From Fimbriosthenelais zetlandica (taxonomy: Eukaryota), in the NCBI GenBank assembly GCA_977030845.1, contig OZ365112.1, positions 24,676,001 through 24,740,000 of the forward strand: 64,000 nt of DNA. Reading direction: 5' to 3'. Shown piece by piece: positions 28,190 to 40,642 of the stretch. The notes below the pieces were generated by a model. It saw only the letters and a list, made by a program, of their open reading frames with translations, made no database searches and had not been told where the DNA came from. Position numbers and translations under genes: made by a program. Each line of letters begins with the position of its first letter. The stretch's first letter is position 1.

Positions 28190-31031
28190 TTATTTGGACC
28201 TGTTAAGCACTTTTTTGGTAATGGTAACAAGGGCATCCCGTTCTGTGGAGGGCGCGAGAGAGTTGATGAGTCGGACAGCTTCCTTACAATGTTGCTTAGC
28301 CAAGAGTTTGGTTTGTGCCACACCATCACTCTGTGGAAAAATAAATATAGTTGAAATTTATATCATTCACACAGTAAAGTACTAGACATTTTTCGCTTAC
28401 AAACTAAACCGAAAATTCAGCAGAAATCAAATTTCCATTATATAAGAATGATATCTGCAGTATAATTAAAAGTAAATTCATTTTATTAGATTTAAATGTC
28501 TCACCTTGGCAACACAGGCGCGTGCTTGTTCAACATCCCCCGGCTGAGAGAACCGCCTCATTATTAGAGCGTCTAGTTCTGGATACTGCAGGCAAAAACA
28601 TTAGACAATGTCAACTATTTCAATACAGAAGGTGACATATTTTAATATTAATTAGCATTATGGAAAGTTTAACTTAGAAAATAGAAAATCTTAGTAGAAT
28701 ATTTAACAATATTAAGTAGAGGACCTACCTGTTGAGCGGCAAATAAGACCGGGGCGGTGGCAAGACCCAGTTTGAGATCAGCAGCTGTAGGTTTCCCCAT
28801 CATTTGTTCACTTGAGATAAAGTCAAGTAGATCGTCCACCAACTAAAAATGAAAACCACTGGAAGTCAGTAACTTTGGCAAATTTACGTTCTAAGAAATT
28901 AACGAAGACAATTACTAGTACTTAAATTTCTTATATAGTTTAAAGTTGATTAGAAAATTAAACCACACTGAGATGCATCAACCTACCTGGAAAGCTATTC
29001 CAACATTACGACCATAGTTAAATGCCACACTGATCAACTCTTCAGAACAGCCACTTAATATTGACACCTGCAGCAATTGAAAAAGTACTGAATGCAGATC
29101 AAATAACATAATCAGTGATAAAAATTAAGGTGACATATGAATACTAATTAGTATAGGCCAACATACCGCTTTACAGCTATGTGCAATTAGGCTTGCTGTT
29201 TTCTTGTAGGTTTTCAAAAGGTAGTGATTGAATCGTTCATCTTCATTTTCTTTGGAACCTAATTGCATGAATTCTCCTGAAACGTTGAAAATATATAATT
29301 TCGTGGTAAGGAATTACCAAAGACTACACAGTGGTGAACCAGGATATAAATGGAAAAAGGTTATAGTCCATCCTTGACTATAAAAGCAAATATTATTATT
29401 TCACAATTATAACCGAAGAACAATACTATCCGTACCTCTTACTAAGTCTTCAAGAACTCTTGAGAGAACCTCCACGACTTCTGGATTTCCTATTCTAGCC
29501 AGTAATATTGTTGCTATAGATAAGATAAAGTCTCCAGCTAGAATAGCCTGAGGGAAAAAACAAAGTGGTTAAACGCTTCAATTTAACTATTAATTTTTTA
29601 ACTATTACAATAAACAATTTTGCTAGAAGCAGTATGCAAGTAATGTTAGTAAATATGTTAATGAAGTCACCTTTCTTTGGCCCCAGGATCCCTGAACGCT
29701 GCTCCGTCCTCGTCTTGTTTGAGCATCATCGATGACGTCATCGTGTACTAAGCTTGCTGTATGGATCATTTCTGAAACCATGGCGATCGTGCGTTGAGGC
29801 TCAGATAGGCTTAAATGAAATGAAACGAACTAAATAAATAAACAGTCTAAATTAAATGTTTTACCTGCGTATCCAAAAATCTTCTGTCGAAAATAATTTG
29901 AAATTTGAGGTTTTTTAACAGGTCGCAGAATTGTGTTTCTTTCAGTCTCAGGCAGTCTGCAGGGGGGATTGGGGTATGTGCAATTGTTTCCTATATTAGG
30001 CCAACCAGTGAAATTTGAGGTTTTTTAACAGGTAGGCCTACAGATGTTTTACTCACTTATTGTCAAACTTCATATGTTGGTTGCAAGCGCGAGCCATCAG
30101 CATTACTATCATAGGTCGGAAAGATTTGCCTTCTCCGTCAAAATGATATTGGGCAATATCTTGAAGTTCTACCTCCTCGATTCTCAAGGCCTAAAACATA
30201 TATGAAACACATATTATGGACCAATACGTGGCAGCTACACCAAGTTATGTATAGGATTCGATATTTCTATAAAACAAAAAGTGGTAATAAAAAAGTGATA
30301 CCGGTACTGGTCCCGTAATTAGTAACTTACTAGTCTGATATCATCGCAGAGCCGTGATAGGTCCCTTTCCACAAGCTTATAGGGATCATCTGACCCAAAA
30401 GTTTCCCGTTGTTCGATGGAGTATGATCGAATAGACCTGAATGTGGAAATACCAATTGCCTGTTGTCTCTAGAAAAGGAAGTACTGGGTATAATCATTTG
30501 ACACTACTATACCAGCCTGACAGGTAGATATTACTCTCAGAGTCAAGAGTTTCTCGGACTAGATAGGCCTTAAACTATGTGTCTACGGTACCATGTCTAT
30601 ACTATAGAGTATACGGTAGTGAAGTCATATCATTAGTCATTACCAGGGCAGACAGCGGTTTTCGGGGATCAACATAGAAAACAATCAATTTATATATTAC
30701 ATAAACTATTTTTAGGAACCAGTGGATTCATTATTTCTTGCATATTTATTGCAAACACCAACATGACCAAGTGACAGTTTTCAAGGACAACTTGTTTGTG
30801 CTCCACCACAACTGGCATTTCCAAGAACAGAAGCCGAGGTCAAATGTGTACATAAACAATGGGACTTACCATCCTTAATATTAAGCTTTTCTGGCTATAA
30901 CCTCGCATAGGTGTATAATTAAACACGCTCTTCGACATTCTATATTCTGATTTACTCAAATTAGTTCCACTTTTGCGTAAACTGCCGATAAATTGGCGTA
31001 ATCCACGTGCAAAACGCCAACCGGAAGCCAT
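28190..31031 (-). CDS. PDSS1: All-trans-polyprenyl (decaprenyl) diphosphate synthase subunit 1
   Basis: Exons 30870-31031 (mitochondrial-presequence-like), [unresolved small exon], 30331-30436, 30057-30190, 29671-29809, 29436-29547, 29167-29276, 28987-29067, 28729-28842, 28505-28585, 28190-28330. FARM EMIHTASLVHDDVID, SARM FQLVDDLLDF, GKPTAADLKLGLATAPVLFA, IMRRFSQPGDV, C-terminus ERDALVTITKKVLNRSK* resemble PDSS1 rather than PDSS2. Confidence 0.92.
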
Positions 31032-31271
31032 ACTTGCCGACAAGTTGAGTCAGGCTCATTAACAGTTTAGTATCTTGATCCAAAAACAGTACCGTAATAA
31101 TATATTTGAGTTCAGGCAGTATTGTCGATAAATAATTTAAAAAAATAATAACAGTAAAATGATGATTGATGCAATCAAAATGACCCTTCGCACCCGGAAT
31201 TGGCATGCATCAGGAGTTCAACATGCATCTGGAGTTGACCCCAGCATACATCTGGAGTTCGTATGTAGGTC

Positions 31272-33058
31272 AAGTACGGTGGCCCAAAAGTATATAAAGC
31301 AAAGTTCTGACGGAACTCCAGTTGCATGCTGCTTCCCATTTCTAGCCTACATTCTGCATGCTGGCAAACTCTCCCTTAAGTCTTGATCCATGCCAAGCTT
31401 TCATTACTGTACATTTTCATAGGAATAAAGCCAGCATAGGCCTACATCTGGAGTTCAACTCCAGTTGCATGTTGCTCAAGTTGATCTATATAGGTATAAA
31501 GCCAGCATGCATCTGGAGTTCAACTCCAGTTGCATGCTGCTCAAGTGGATCTATAGGTATAAAGCCAGCATGCATCTGGAGTTCAACTCCAGTTGCATGC
31601 TGCTCAAGTGGATCTATAGGTATAAAGTCAGCATACATCTGGAGTTCAACTCCAGTTGCATGTTGCTCAAGTGGATCTATAAAGCCAGCATGCATATGGA
31701 GTTCAACTCCAGTTGCATGTTGCTCAAGTGGATCTATATAGGTATAAAGCCAGCATGCATCTGGAGTTCAACTCCAGTTGCATGCTGCTGAACTGGATAT
31801 ATAGGAATAAAGCCAGCATGCATCTGGAGTTCAACTCCAGTTGCATGTTGCTCAAGTGGATCTATAAAGCCAGCATGCATCTGGAGTTCAACTCCAGTTG
31901 CATGTTGCTCAAGTGGATCTATATATAGGTATAAAGCCAGCATGCATATGAGCCAGCATGCATAAATGCTGCTCAAGCGGATATATAGGATTAAAGTCAG
32001 CATGCATCTGGAGTTGAACTCCAGATGTATGCTGGCTTTATTCCTATATATCCAGTTCAGCAGCATGCAACTGGAGTTGAACTCCATATGCATGCTAGCT
32101 TTATACCTATAGATCCACTTGAGCAACATGCAACTGGAGTTGAACTCCAGATGCATGATGGCTTTATTCCTATAGATCCACTTGAGCAACATGCAACTGG
32201 AGTTGAACTCCAGATGCATGCTGTCTTTATACCTATATATAGATCCACTTGAGCAACATGCAACTGGAGTTGAACTCCAGATGCATGCTGGCTTTATTCC
32301 TATATATCCAGTTCAGCAGCATGCATCTGGAGTTGAACTCCAGATGCATGCTGGCTTTATACCTATATAGATCCACTTGAGCAGCATGCAACTGGAGTTG
32401 AACTCCATATGCATGCTAGCTTTATACCTATAGATCCACTTGAGCAACATGCAACTGGAATTGAACTCCAGATGCATGATGGCTTTATTCCTATAGATCC
32501 ACTTGAGCAACATGCTTCAACTCCAGTTGCATGATGGCTTTATTCCTATAGATCCACTTGAGCAACATGCAACTGGAGTTGATACAGAAGTGATCACGAC
32601 TCCAGATGCATGCTGACTTTAATCCTATATAGGCCTATCCACTTGAGCAGCATGCAACTGGAGTTGAAGTCCAGATGCATGCTGGCTTTATACCTATATA
32701 ATCTTATATAGATCCACTTGAGCAGCATGCAACTGGAGTTGAACTCCAGATGCATGCTGACTTTAATCCTATATATCCACTTGAGCAGCATAACTCCAGA
32801 TGCATGCCGACTTTATTCCTATATAGGCCTATCCACTTGAGCAGCATGCAACTGGAGTTGAACTCCAGATGCATGCTGACTCCCAAGCAAACATACAACT
32901 GGAGTTCTGTTAATGTAATGAAAGGTCAGCATTCGTCCAGAAATATGCTGCGACTTTTTTCCAAGATAAATGTAATGAAAGCCCAGCGTAGATCGGAACT
33001 CCAGATGCATGGTGAGTTGGGAGTGTTATTTTTTTTCTGCTTTTGGGCCACCGTACTT
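31272..33058. mobile_element. Foldback-like element: 19-bp terminal inverted repeat enclosing inverted arrays of a ~63-bp palindromic unit
   Basis: aagtacggtggcccaaaag (31272-31290) is the exact reverse complement of cttttgggccaccgtactt (33040-33058); unit gccagcatgcatctggagttcaactccagttgcatgctgctcaagtggatctataggtataaa runs forward ~31430-32015 and reversed ~32017-32890. Confidence 0.7.
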
Positions 33059-33179
33059 CGTCTAATCTGGGTCAACTCTCATTGCATGCGGGGAGAATGC
33101 GCGAAGTACACCTGCTATGTTCCGACACATAGCCAAACCCCCTATTATCGCTCACCACAATACTGTCTCCTTTCTTTCT

Positions 33180-33950
33180 GTTTACAGGCAAAGTAACTCT
33201 GTTCTTTTGGATGCGATAGATTCTAAATGTAAATTTACCAAGTGATTTCAATTTTGGCTGATTTAGGTGCTTTTCTAGATCTACAAACGCCGTCTGAAAA
33301 TTCCTAGCGACGCCGGCTTGGCCATCACTGGCATCAGTGGTTGGGCGCTCAGCTGATGGCGACAAGAAACAGGTCTGCCACCTGGTGGTTTCCAGCTGAA
33401 GTAAAGGCGAGACGGAGCTCAGTGGTTCACTCCGTTCACTCATAGACAGTCTATGGTTCACTCGCCGTTTACAGGCTTACAGACAATTTAGCTTTGTTCT
33501 TTTGGATGCGATAAGTTCTCCATGTAAATTTACCTAGTGATTTCAATTTTGGCTGATTAAGGTGCTTTCCTAGATCTACAAACGCCGTCTGAAAATTCCT
33601 AGCGACGCCGCATTAACCGGCTTGGCCGGGCGGCTTGGGCGCTCAGCTGATGGTGGTGACCAGACACAGTGCTGGCACCTGGTGGTTTCCAGATGAAGTA
33701 AAGGCTCGGCGGAGCTCAGTTCACTCACAATACACAAGGTGGCAGCCCGGATATCGGCCAAAACCCCTATTACAACAACACTGCTCGCCGTTTACAGGCT
33801 TACAGACAACTTAGCTTTGTTCTATTGGACGCAATCAACTGTCCATGTAAATGTACCGACTGATTACAGTTTTGGCCCAGTTAGGAGCTTTCTTTGATCT
33901 ACAAACGTCGGTTGAAAATTCCGATCGACGCCCCATTAACTTAGCATTGA
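33180..33950. repeat. Diverged tandem repeat, ~3 copies of ~290-320 bp
   Basis: tttacaggc...ttcttttggatgcgata...taaatttacc...gatctacaaacgccgtctgaaaattcctagcgacgcc recurs from ~33180, ~33468, ~33790. Confidence 0.8.
33441..33455. mobile_element. 15-bp palindromic insertion CATAGAC-A-GTCTATG with 7-bp TSD GTTCACT
   Basis: gttcact (33434-33440) catagacagtctatg gttcact (33456-33462); the paralogous repeat copy near 33719 has a single gttcact and no hairpin. Confidence 0.7.
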
Positions 33951-35039
33951 GCGTTAGTTCCCATTTTCGCCTTAAGGATTAGGGCGAGGGCGCCACCGGA
34001 CCAATTTTGCGACATTCATTTCATGTCATACAAGACCTGGAAATTATTTTATTTGGACTTGAATTAATTTTTGGAGTATGAATAGGCCTATTTCACCTTT
34101 GTGTGATATTATCTTTGTGATATAATATACCGTATCTAGACGAGATAATTATTCATATTCTTATGGTTTCCTAGTTAACAAAAAAGCTGGCACCCAAACC
34201 CAAGAAATATATACAAGGATTAAGAGGATATATAAGAACTTGTTTTAAACTAATTATTTTAAATGGTTTACAGTTTATTACGCCTATAACAGCTGTTATA
34301 ATATTCAAGGAAAAAAATAGTACCCCGTATATTTTTTATTACTGCACGGGTAGCTAAATTACTTTCGCAAGGGTAGGAATCTTATAACAAGGTAGATAAA
34401 TATCTGGTACGTGTACACACATAACTGTCTTAATCATTATTTAAAGTTCTTGCACTTTCCCAAATCAACCACTCGGTGTATTTTCCAAGAATAAAAGCGC
34501 AGGTATACACAAAAAAAACCCAACACATTGATTTCACTTAGAATGACATTGTAGACTAGCTAAGCAAGTGTTCAACCCACTCCCCACTATTTTACCCAGA
34601 CCTATTATATATGTGGTCAAATACAATGTCGAGTAAGTGCTTCCTTTGTACAAATATTTTTACAATATATATCCGCTAATACATGTCCCCCGCTATTTTA
34701 TATGAAAAGAAATTTTAAAGATGATATTCATAGAATAACAAACAATTGTTGGTAATTAATTCAAAAGATAAATCTTCATTTTAAATTCATTAGGAAGGCC
34801 TATAGAGCCAATTCTGATCGTTCCTATGTCAAAATATATAACTTTTATATGTAATGATAACCCGGGCATACACTGACTCAAGTTTGTCAAAGTCAATATT
34901 ATGGTTACTAGAAGTGTATGCCTAAAATATATAAGGCTCGATTAGGAGGATTATGACGGGGAGACATAGCGGGTAAGATAAGGTGGCGGGGGTCAGTATT
35001 TTGTCACTAGGGTCAGTAGAGTGATGGGTTAAGTCCAGG

Positions 35040-38000
35040 TTATTGTTGAGGTCCACCCTGCTGCGTGTTGAGTTGTGACAACACACTCATAGTGACTTCA
35101 TTCAAACTCTGAAAAATACAAAATAAACCATATCAGAATTAATTCACCTCAGCCACAAATAATTAAATTTAAAACAATATTCTACGCTAAGTCTAAAATA
35201 CAATAAAGGAGAAAATTTATTTGTATTTTTAGACTCATCTCAATACACCGTGTGATTAAGGAACAATCATTGAGACTTAGATAAAGATGTCAATATACAT
35301 ACTTGAGGCTTGCAGTATTCCTCCAGCCAGTTAAACACGCAGGCTGACAGTTCAGCAAACGTTTGCACGGTGACTGTCTCATCAAACGAGTAGTAAAGTC
35401 TGTCTATAATTTCTTGGAACACGTGGAACTTAATCTCGTCTGAGACCTGGTTCTGACCCGCCTGGGGTGTGCTCTGGTGGGACTTCACCATGTGCTCGTA
35501 ATTCCTGTTTGGAGAAATTTAAAAAGAAACTAAATCACAATTTGCTATAGGATAAAGTGTACATTATCGCAAAATAATGCATAGCTTATCTCCAAGCCAG
35601 AGTACAGGGCTTATCAAAGTATTTAAGGTCTGCTTTGTTGTAAACCCAAGCTATGAAAAGAGGTTGTTATCTATCAGTATGATAATTTTTGTTATCTAGA
35701 CATGACTATTTTGGGGCTTGTTATCACGAACACGGCCTTATCACATAAAGGAAACCAATGAACGATATAGTGCACTTAGATCCGGGTTGGAACTTTATGG
35801 ATCGAGTGAAGCAGACTTTAATCAATAATCATTTTGTAGTGCCGAACTCTTCATATAAAACTTGGAAGTCCTAGGAATGATAGAACACTTCAACTTACGC
35901 CTTCATGATTTGAAGAGCCATCACTTCATTTTCCACCTTCTTCAGATCAGCCTCCAGCTTGGTCTTCTGGGTCTTTAACCGCTTCATGTAATCAATTGCT
36001 GCAAAAATAAGATCAATACTCTCAAATATTATGTCTTTAAGGATATACCCAATATATACTCCAGGGAAGGGTTTAAAAAAAAAAAGGAACATTTAAAATA
36101 TTCAAAACTATTCAAAAGTTTTTCCCTGGAATATTTGGTATAAATTAGCAAAGAATTGAGAAAATTGAATACGTACATCGCTGTAGAATAGCAGCTTTAC
36201 TCAGCTTCTGAGCACCCAGTGAGTCGGTCTGCTGACTGGGTGGTAGCAAACCAAACAGCTCATCATAGCCTTTCTGCAAACAAATCAAATTAATGTATTA
36301 TTAATTATTATTAATTATTTATATGAGGAATGGACAATCCCAAGTAAACTTGGCTAACCTAGCCCATCCCCCTTCCCAAACACAATCATGTGTTCATAGA
36401 CTTGTTTTGGGGAAATGAATTGGGCCACTTCAAGCATAAATTATACCAAGAAGTCATGGTTGAATAGTCCCTCACAAAGAGAAAGCCCCGCACTAAAAGG
36501 TAGGGCTGGGGAATATCCAGGTTTTGGCAACATCCGACTTCAGATATATCACTATAATATTTTTTATTTTTTATTATTTTTGACACTTACGATTTCCTTA
36601 CAATAAAAATGGTTTTATACATATATCACCTTACATAGATAGAGATAATGGATGGATGGATGGATTGATGGATGGATGGATGGATGTATAGAAGAAATGA
36701 GATCTATTTGACAAGTATAAGACATACCTTGATAGCATCTCTGCGCTTCTGTTCGGCATGAGTGTGAGCCTCACGACGCCTGTCTTTGTAGGTTAAATGT
36801 TTCAATGTTCCGTCACTATCTTCATCATCTGTAAAACAAAAGACAAATTATTACCAAACCTACTTCTTTTTGTAATATTTCAACAGTGATTTTCCTTTTA
36901 ACCTTACTAAAATATTCATCAGAGATACCTAACAGCAGAAACAAAATGCACTGGAACCTTCACCCGGATAGAGAGAGAGCTTTTCTTTTGGTTAAATTTA
37001 GGGCCACTCCTGCGTGATAGTGAAAATTTATGTCCTTCACCCAAAACAGCCTCAGATTTATAGCCACTTACACACATACTCTTCGTCGTTTCTCCGTCTC
37101 TTTTCATTCGCCTCAAAAAATATATCCAAATCCACAAAGTTATCAAGGTCTGGATCAGTATCGTCCCCCGACTTTTCCTCTCCACTCAAAACTACAGAAA
37201 ACAACCCTTCCTCCTCCTCTTTGACTTTAGCACTGGAGCCTTCTCCACTATCATCTAACCCAGCTTGTGTATTAGATGCTCCAGCCACAGGCTCCCCACC
37301 ACCTCCAGTAGGTGCGTTACCAAGCTGGGCACTCTCAATTAAGTCGTCAGCGAATCTACTCATATCTGATCCTTCCCTTTTAGTTTTAGGATCCATGGGT
37401 ACTAGATCTAATGTCCTATTGGCCTGGCCAAGTTCATCGAGAAGTCCTTCAAAATCATTGAAAACATCACTGGTGTCACCTGCGTATATGGATGCAGGTG
37501 TATTATACATAGAGGGGGTGTCCTCCCCAATGGCCTGTATGCTATGATGCTCGAGCGCAAAAGGCAAGGGATTCATTGCTGGTGAATTCAACCTCGCTCT
37601 TCGGTTACTATCCTATCTACGCTTGGGCAAAAACCTGCCTGTTTTACCTACGTTCTCTATGACAAAACTGCACCTCAAAGAAAACCGTCTCGATATATTA
37701 TAGTATCAGATATCAAATGATTTTGCCCTTATATTGTTTTATAAAAATCCCATAGCTAAAAATAGGCATCCCCATGAATGTGGTCACGGTCTAAATGATC
37801 TAGAACACATGTTACATATATTAAGTACTTACAGGGTAATTTGAGCGCCTTAATTCAAATAGACTTGCAAACTATACATGTATGCAAACTAAAAATAAAC
37901 ATTATGCAAGTATTGACCCAAGGAGAGGAGATAAATGTGAATATTAAATATTCTATAAAATCTCTAATAAAAACGACATCACCAATAAATATATCTGGCT

Positions 38001-40086
38001 CCTAAATATACATTTTGTAAATCTAAAGAACAATTTTTGATCGTTTACCTAATACCTATAACCAGTGTTAAATAGTACAAGAAAAGACATTTTTATTCTG
38101 GATCCACATTTTGCTTCGTCCCACATTACATACATTTTGTAAATGCCTTTCAATTTAAAAAAAAGTTAACACTCTGATTGGTATGGTAGCTATCGTTGAA
38201 TATCAGCAGGAGGGAATATACTAACCTGTGTTGTGAGCCGAGGAGGCGGAGGAGTAGCTGATAGCATGTACAGAACCTGTGCTGTTAGTGCGGGAGAATG
38301 AGAAGCGATTAGAGCCCGTGGGACTCTGCTGCTCAAACTTGAGCTCCTGGAGACCTGAGGCCTCCATCACCCCTGAAATAATAAAAAAATGACAATCAAT
38401 TTTACTTACAATCGTAGATACATAAATGTTTCATCATAAGATAATCCGTGCCTGCAAATACGGGGTGCAGTAAAACTGCAATATTCATTTCCAACTTGAT
38501 CTTGGATTTGGACGTTACTACATCCAGGCCCTCCAATGTAGAAATCAACTCACCGAACTTGAAATTAAACCTTCACAGCTAAAAGCTTTCCTTACAAACA
38601 AAGCAGAAAATCTTAATTGAAACATTCAGTAAAATGAACTTTAGATTTTCACCTGAACGCCTCTCCCGTAGTGAACGCTGTCTTAATTCCATACCCACCA
38701 GTGTGTCCCTGTGTCTATATCTAGGGCTCCTCCCCACCAACGAACCCGGGGGAGAAGTAAGAGGAGAGAATACCGGAGAAAACCCAGATAATACTCAGTC
38801 AACCATCCCCTCATTGGTTACCCATTGACACATGTCCTACACATTACGTAACCACTCCAGGGGCCTGTTTCATAAGAGATTAGCGCTGCATATATACACC
38901 ATATACCTAACTAACAGTTACACGGGCTCATATAGGGCATCTTGGTTATGAAACAGACTAGAGCAGGCCCTGTTATGTATTCAGGTTGCATGTTACATCA
39001 CCCCTATCAACACATCCACCAGGACAGATTTTAGTGTTTAACTGGCCACTATTGACTGAGCAAACATTAGGTTTCCACGAGAAAAAATAGTGGTTGTCTA
39101 AACAATTCTTTTCAATATCCTCTCAAAGTTGGGAAAGTATACATGAGACTTACCCTGTATTTGTCCTGTGGAAATTGCGGTATAATTCATCGCGTGCATT
39201 AATCAATTTAGTGTGATATTCTCAAATTAATCACGATCAAATCTGGTCACCTTTTACATGGTTTTAGATCTCCACTTAGTTTCACTGTATAGAACCTAAT
39301 TATACCAAGCCAACTATGTAGGACCTTACAAGATGTCCAGCTATTTTAGGGAATGCGTTCTTCACCAACTGAAGCACCATCCCTCCCGCCCCGCCCCCCA
39401 CCCCGACACCACTGCCCCGCCCCTTTGCGTCCCCTTCCCAACCCATCCCCGACAACCACTCACTAAGGGAATGAGCACCCCCCCCCCCCCGGCCCCATCC
39501 CCACTGGAAAATTCAAGGTAAAGCCCCGTTTTAGACCGATGCTATTTTTAGATTATCTGACCTAGGTGTCATGGGTCAATTTGTCATGGTCCCAGATACT
39601 GACCCTGGAAAATGTTGGCCCTTCGGCCTTGTCCTACTTAGCTAAATGTAAAGGCCAAGAGGTCACCAGTTGGAAAAAGCCATGGAGATACCATCTCTCA
39701 GTACATCAGTGTTCGTTCAAACAGAGGGAATACTTGTACATTAAAACGGTGTAGTCTCTCTGGTTCAAGGAACATCATCGGAGACGAAGAAATAAGTCAA
39801 GAATGGTTTGAAATATACTATAAATTCCTATAAGTTACTGAAATATTACAGACTCCTATGATAACATTTTTACATATTTAACCCCAGTTTCAAGCTTTGA
39901 TAATTTTTACCAGATAATCAATATTAATGGTTACTTCAAGTAAGAATGTTAAACAGGTAAAAGGTTATTAATAGTGTGGTAAATTCGTTTTAAATTTAGT
40001 ACATGATTAGGCAATGTAAATTACATGGACAACTGAATCCACTCACCCGGGTCAAACAGCTCTTCTTTGTAAGCGGAGTCTGCCAT
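35040..40086 (-). CDS. MLX: Max-like protein X (Mlx/Bigmax), bHLH-Zip; canonical isoform ~251 aa
   Basis: Exons 40047-40086, 38226-38372, 36728-36828, 36177-36273, 35899-35998, 35303-35504, 35040-35108 (756 nt, phases consistent). AHNTDDEDSD, YKDRRREAHTHAEQKRRDAIKKGYDEL, KLSKAAILQRSIDY, zipper, DCD-type ELSACVFNWLEEYCKPQ. Start codon choice less certain than the bHLH-Zip exons. Confidence 0.92.
36649..36687. repeat. (GGAT)n microsatellite
   Basis: gatggatggatggattgatggatggatggatggatg. Confidence 0.9.
37072..37578 (-). CDS. MLX: Putative alternative (cassette or first) MLX exon encoding ~169 acidic residues
   Basis: Stop-free 177-codon ORF in an AT-rich intron; donor GTG T|gtaagt (phase 1) matches the next exon; acceptor attcaccag gives a 507-nt phase 1-1 exon; in-frame ATG at 37574-37576. 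Confidence 0.6.
38861..38970. mobile_element. Small MITE-like element with GGGCCTGTTTCATAA-type ends
   Basis: ctgtttcataa (38865-38875) and ttatgaaacag (38946-38956) are exact inverted repeats; terminal gggc/gccc separated by a 10-bp insertion on the right; a similar left end at ~13454. Confidence 0.45.
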
Positions 40087-40642
40087 GGCCTCCTATATAA
40101 GGTACAAAAGATTACTTTTTTTTTTAGAACTTTGGACCGAGAATGTAGCAATTTGAACATTTCTTTATCTAAATTTATGACCATGAGTGAATCACATGTT
40201 ATTAAAGTAATAGAAAATAAGAAAATCAAACAAACTTTACACAGTTAAAAAAGTCTGCGTAATATATTTCTTTTTGGAGGAAATTTACATTTCAGTAGGT
40301 CTAGAGGCCTGGGGTTGGAGGGGCCAGTGAAAACAAAAAATCATAACCCAGCCAGGCGCAAATAGGCCAACACCCCTTCCGATTTCTTAAACCTAAAGAA
40401 AGCAATTTTACATTTGACAATTAGCCCAAACTAGCCTTTCTGACCCATACACTAGTGTTCCATTCCAGACACCTGTCTAAACTCTTTCTATACTAGTACG
40501 TGTATGTGTACACTACAGATATACAGGGCATCCTCTTCAGCTGAAGATTAGGTCAACGACCTGTTAGCAAAACTATAATGGTGCAATATTAGTATGAAAA
40601 GAATTCTCAACAAAATGACAATTTCTCAACACCCTGGCTCAC

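Noticed and set aside
31358-33010. Many repetitive ORFs up to 161 aa (MHLEFNSSCMLLKWIY...) and a CRISPR-like look
   Set aside because: Translations of the 63-bp repeat on both strands; no unique spacers, no cas genes, eukaryotic context.
37014-37547. 177-aa Ser-rich plus-strand ORF
   Set aside because: Antisense shadow of the acidic MLX-strand ORF.
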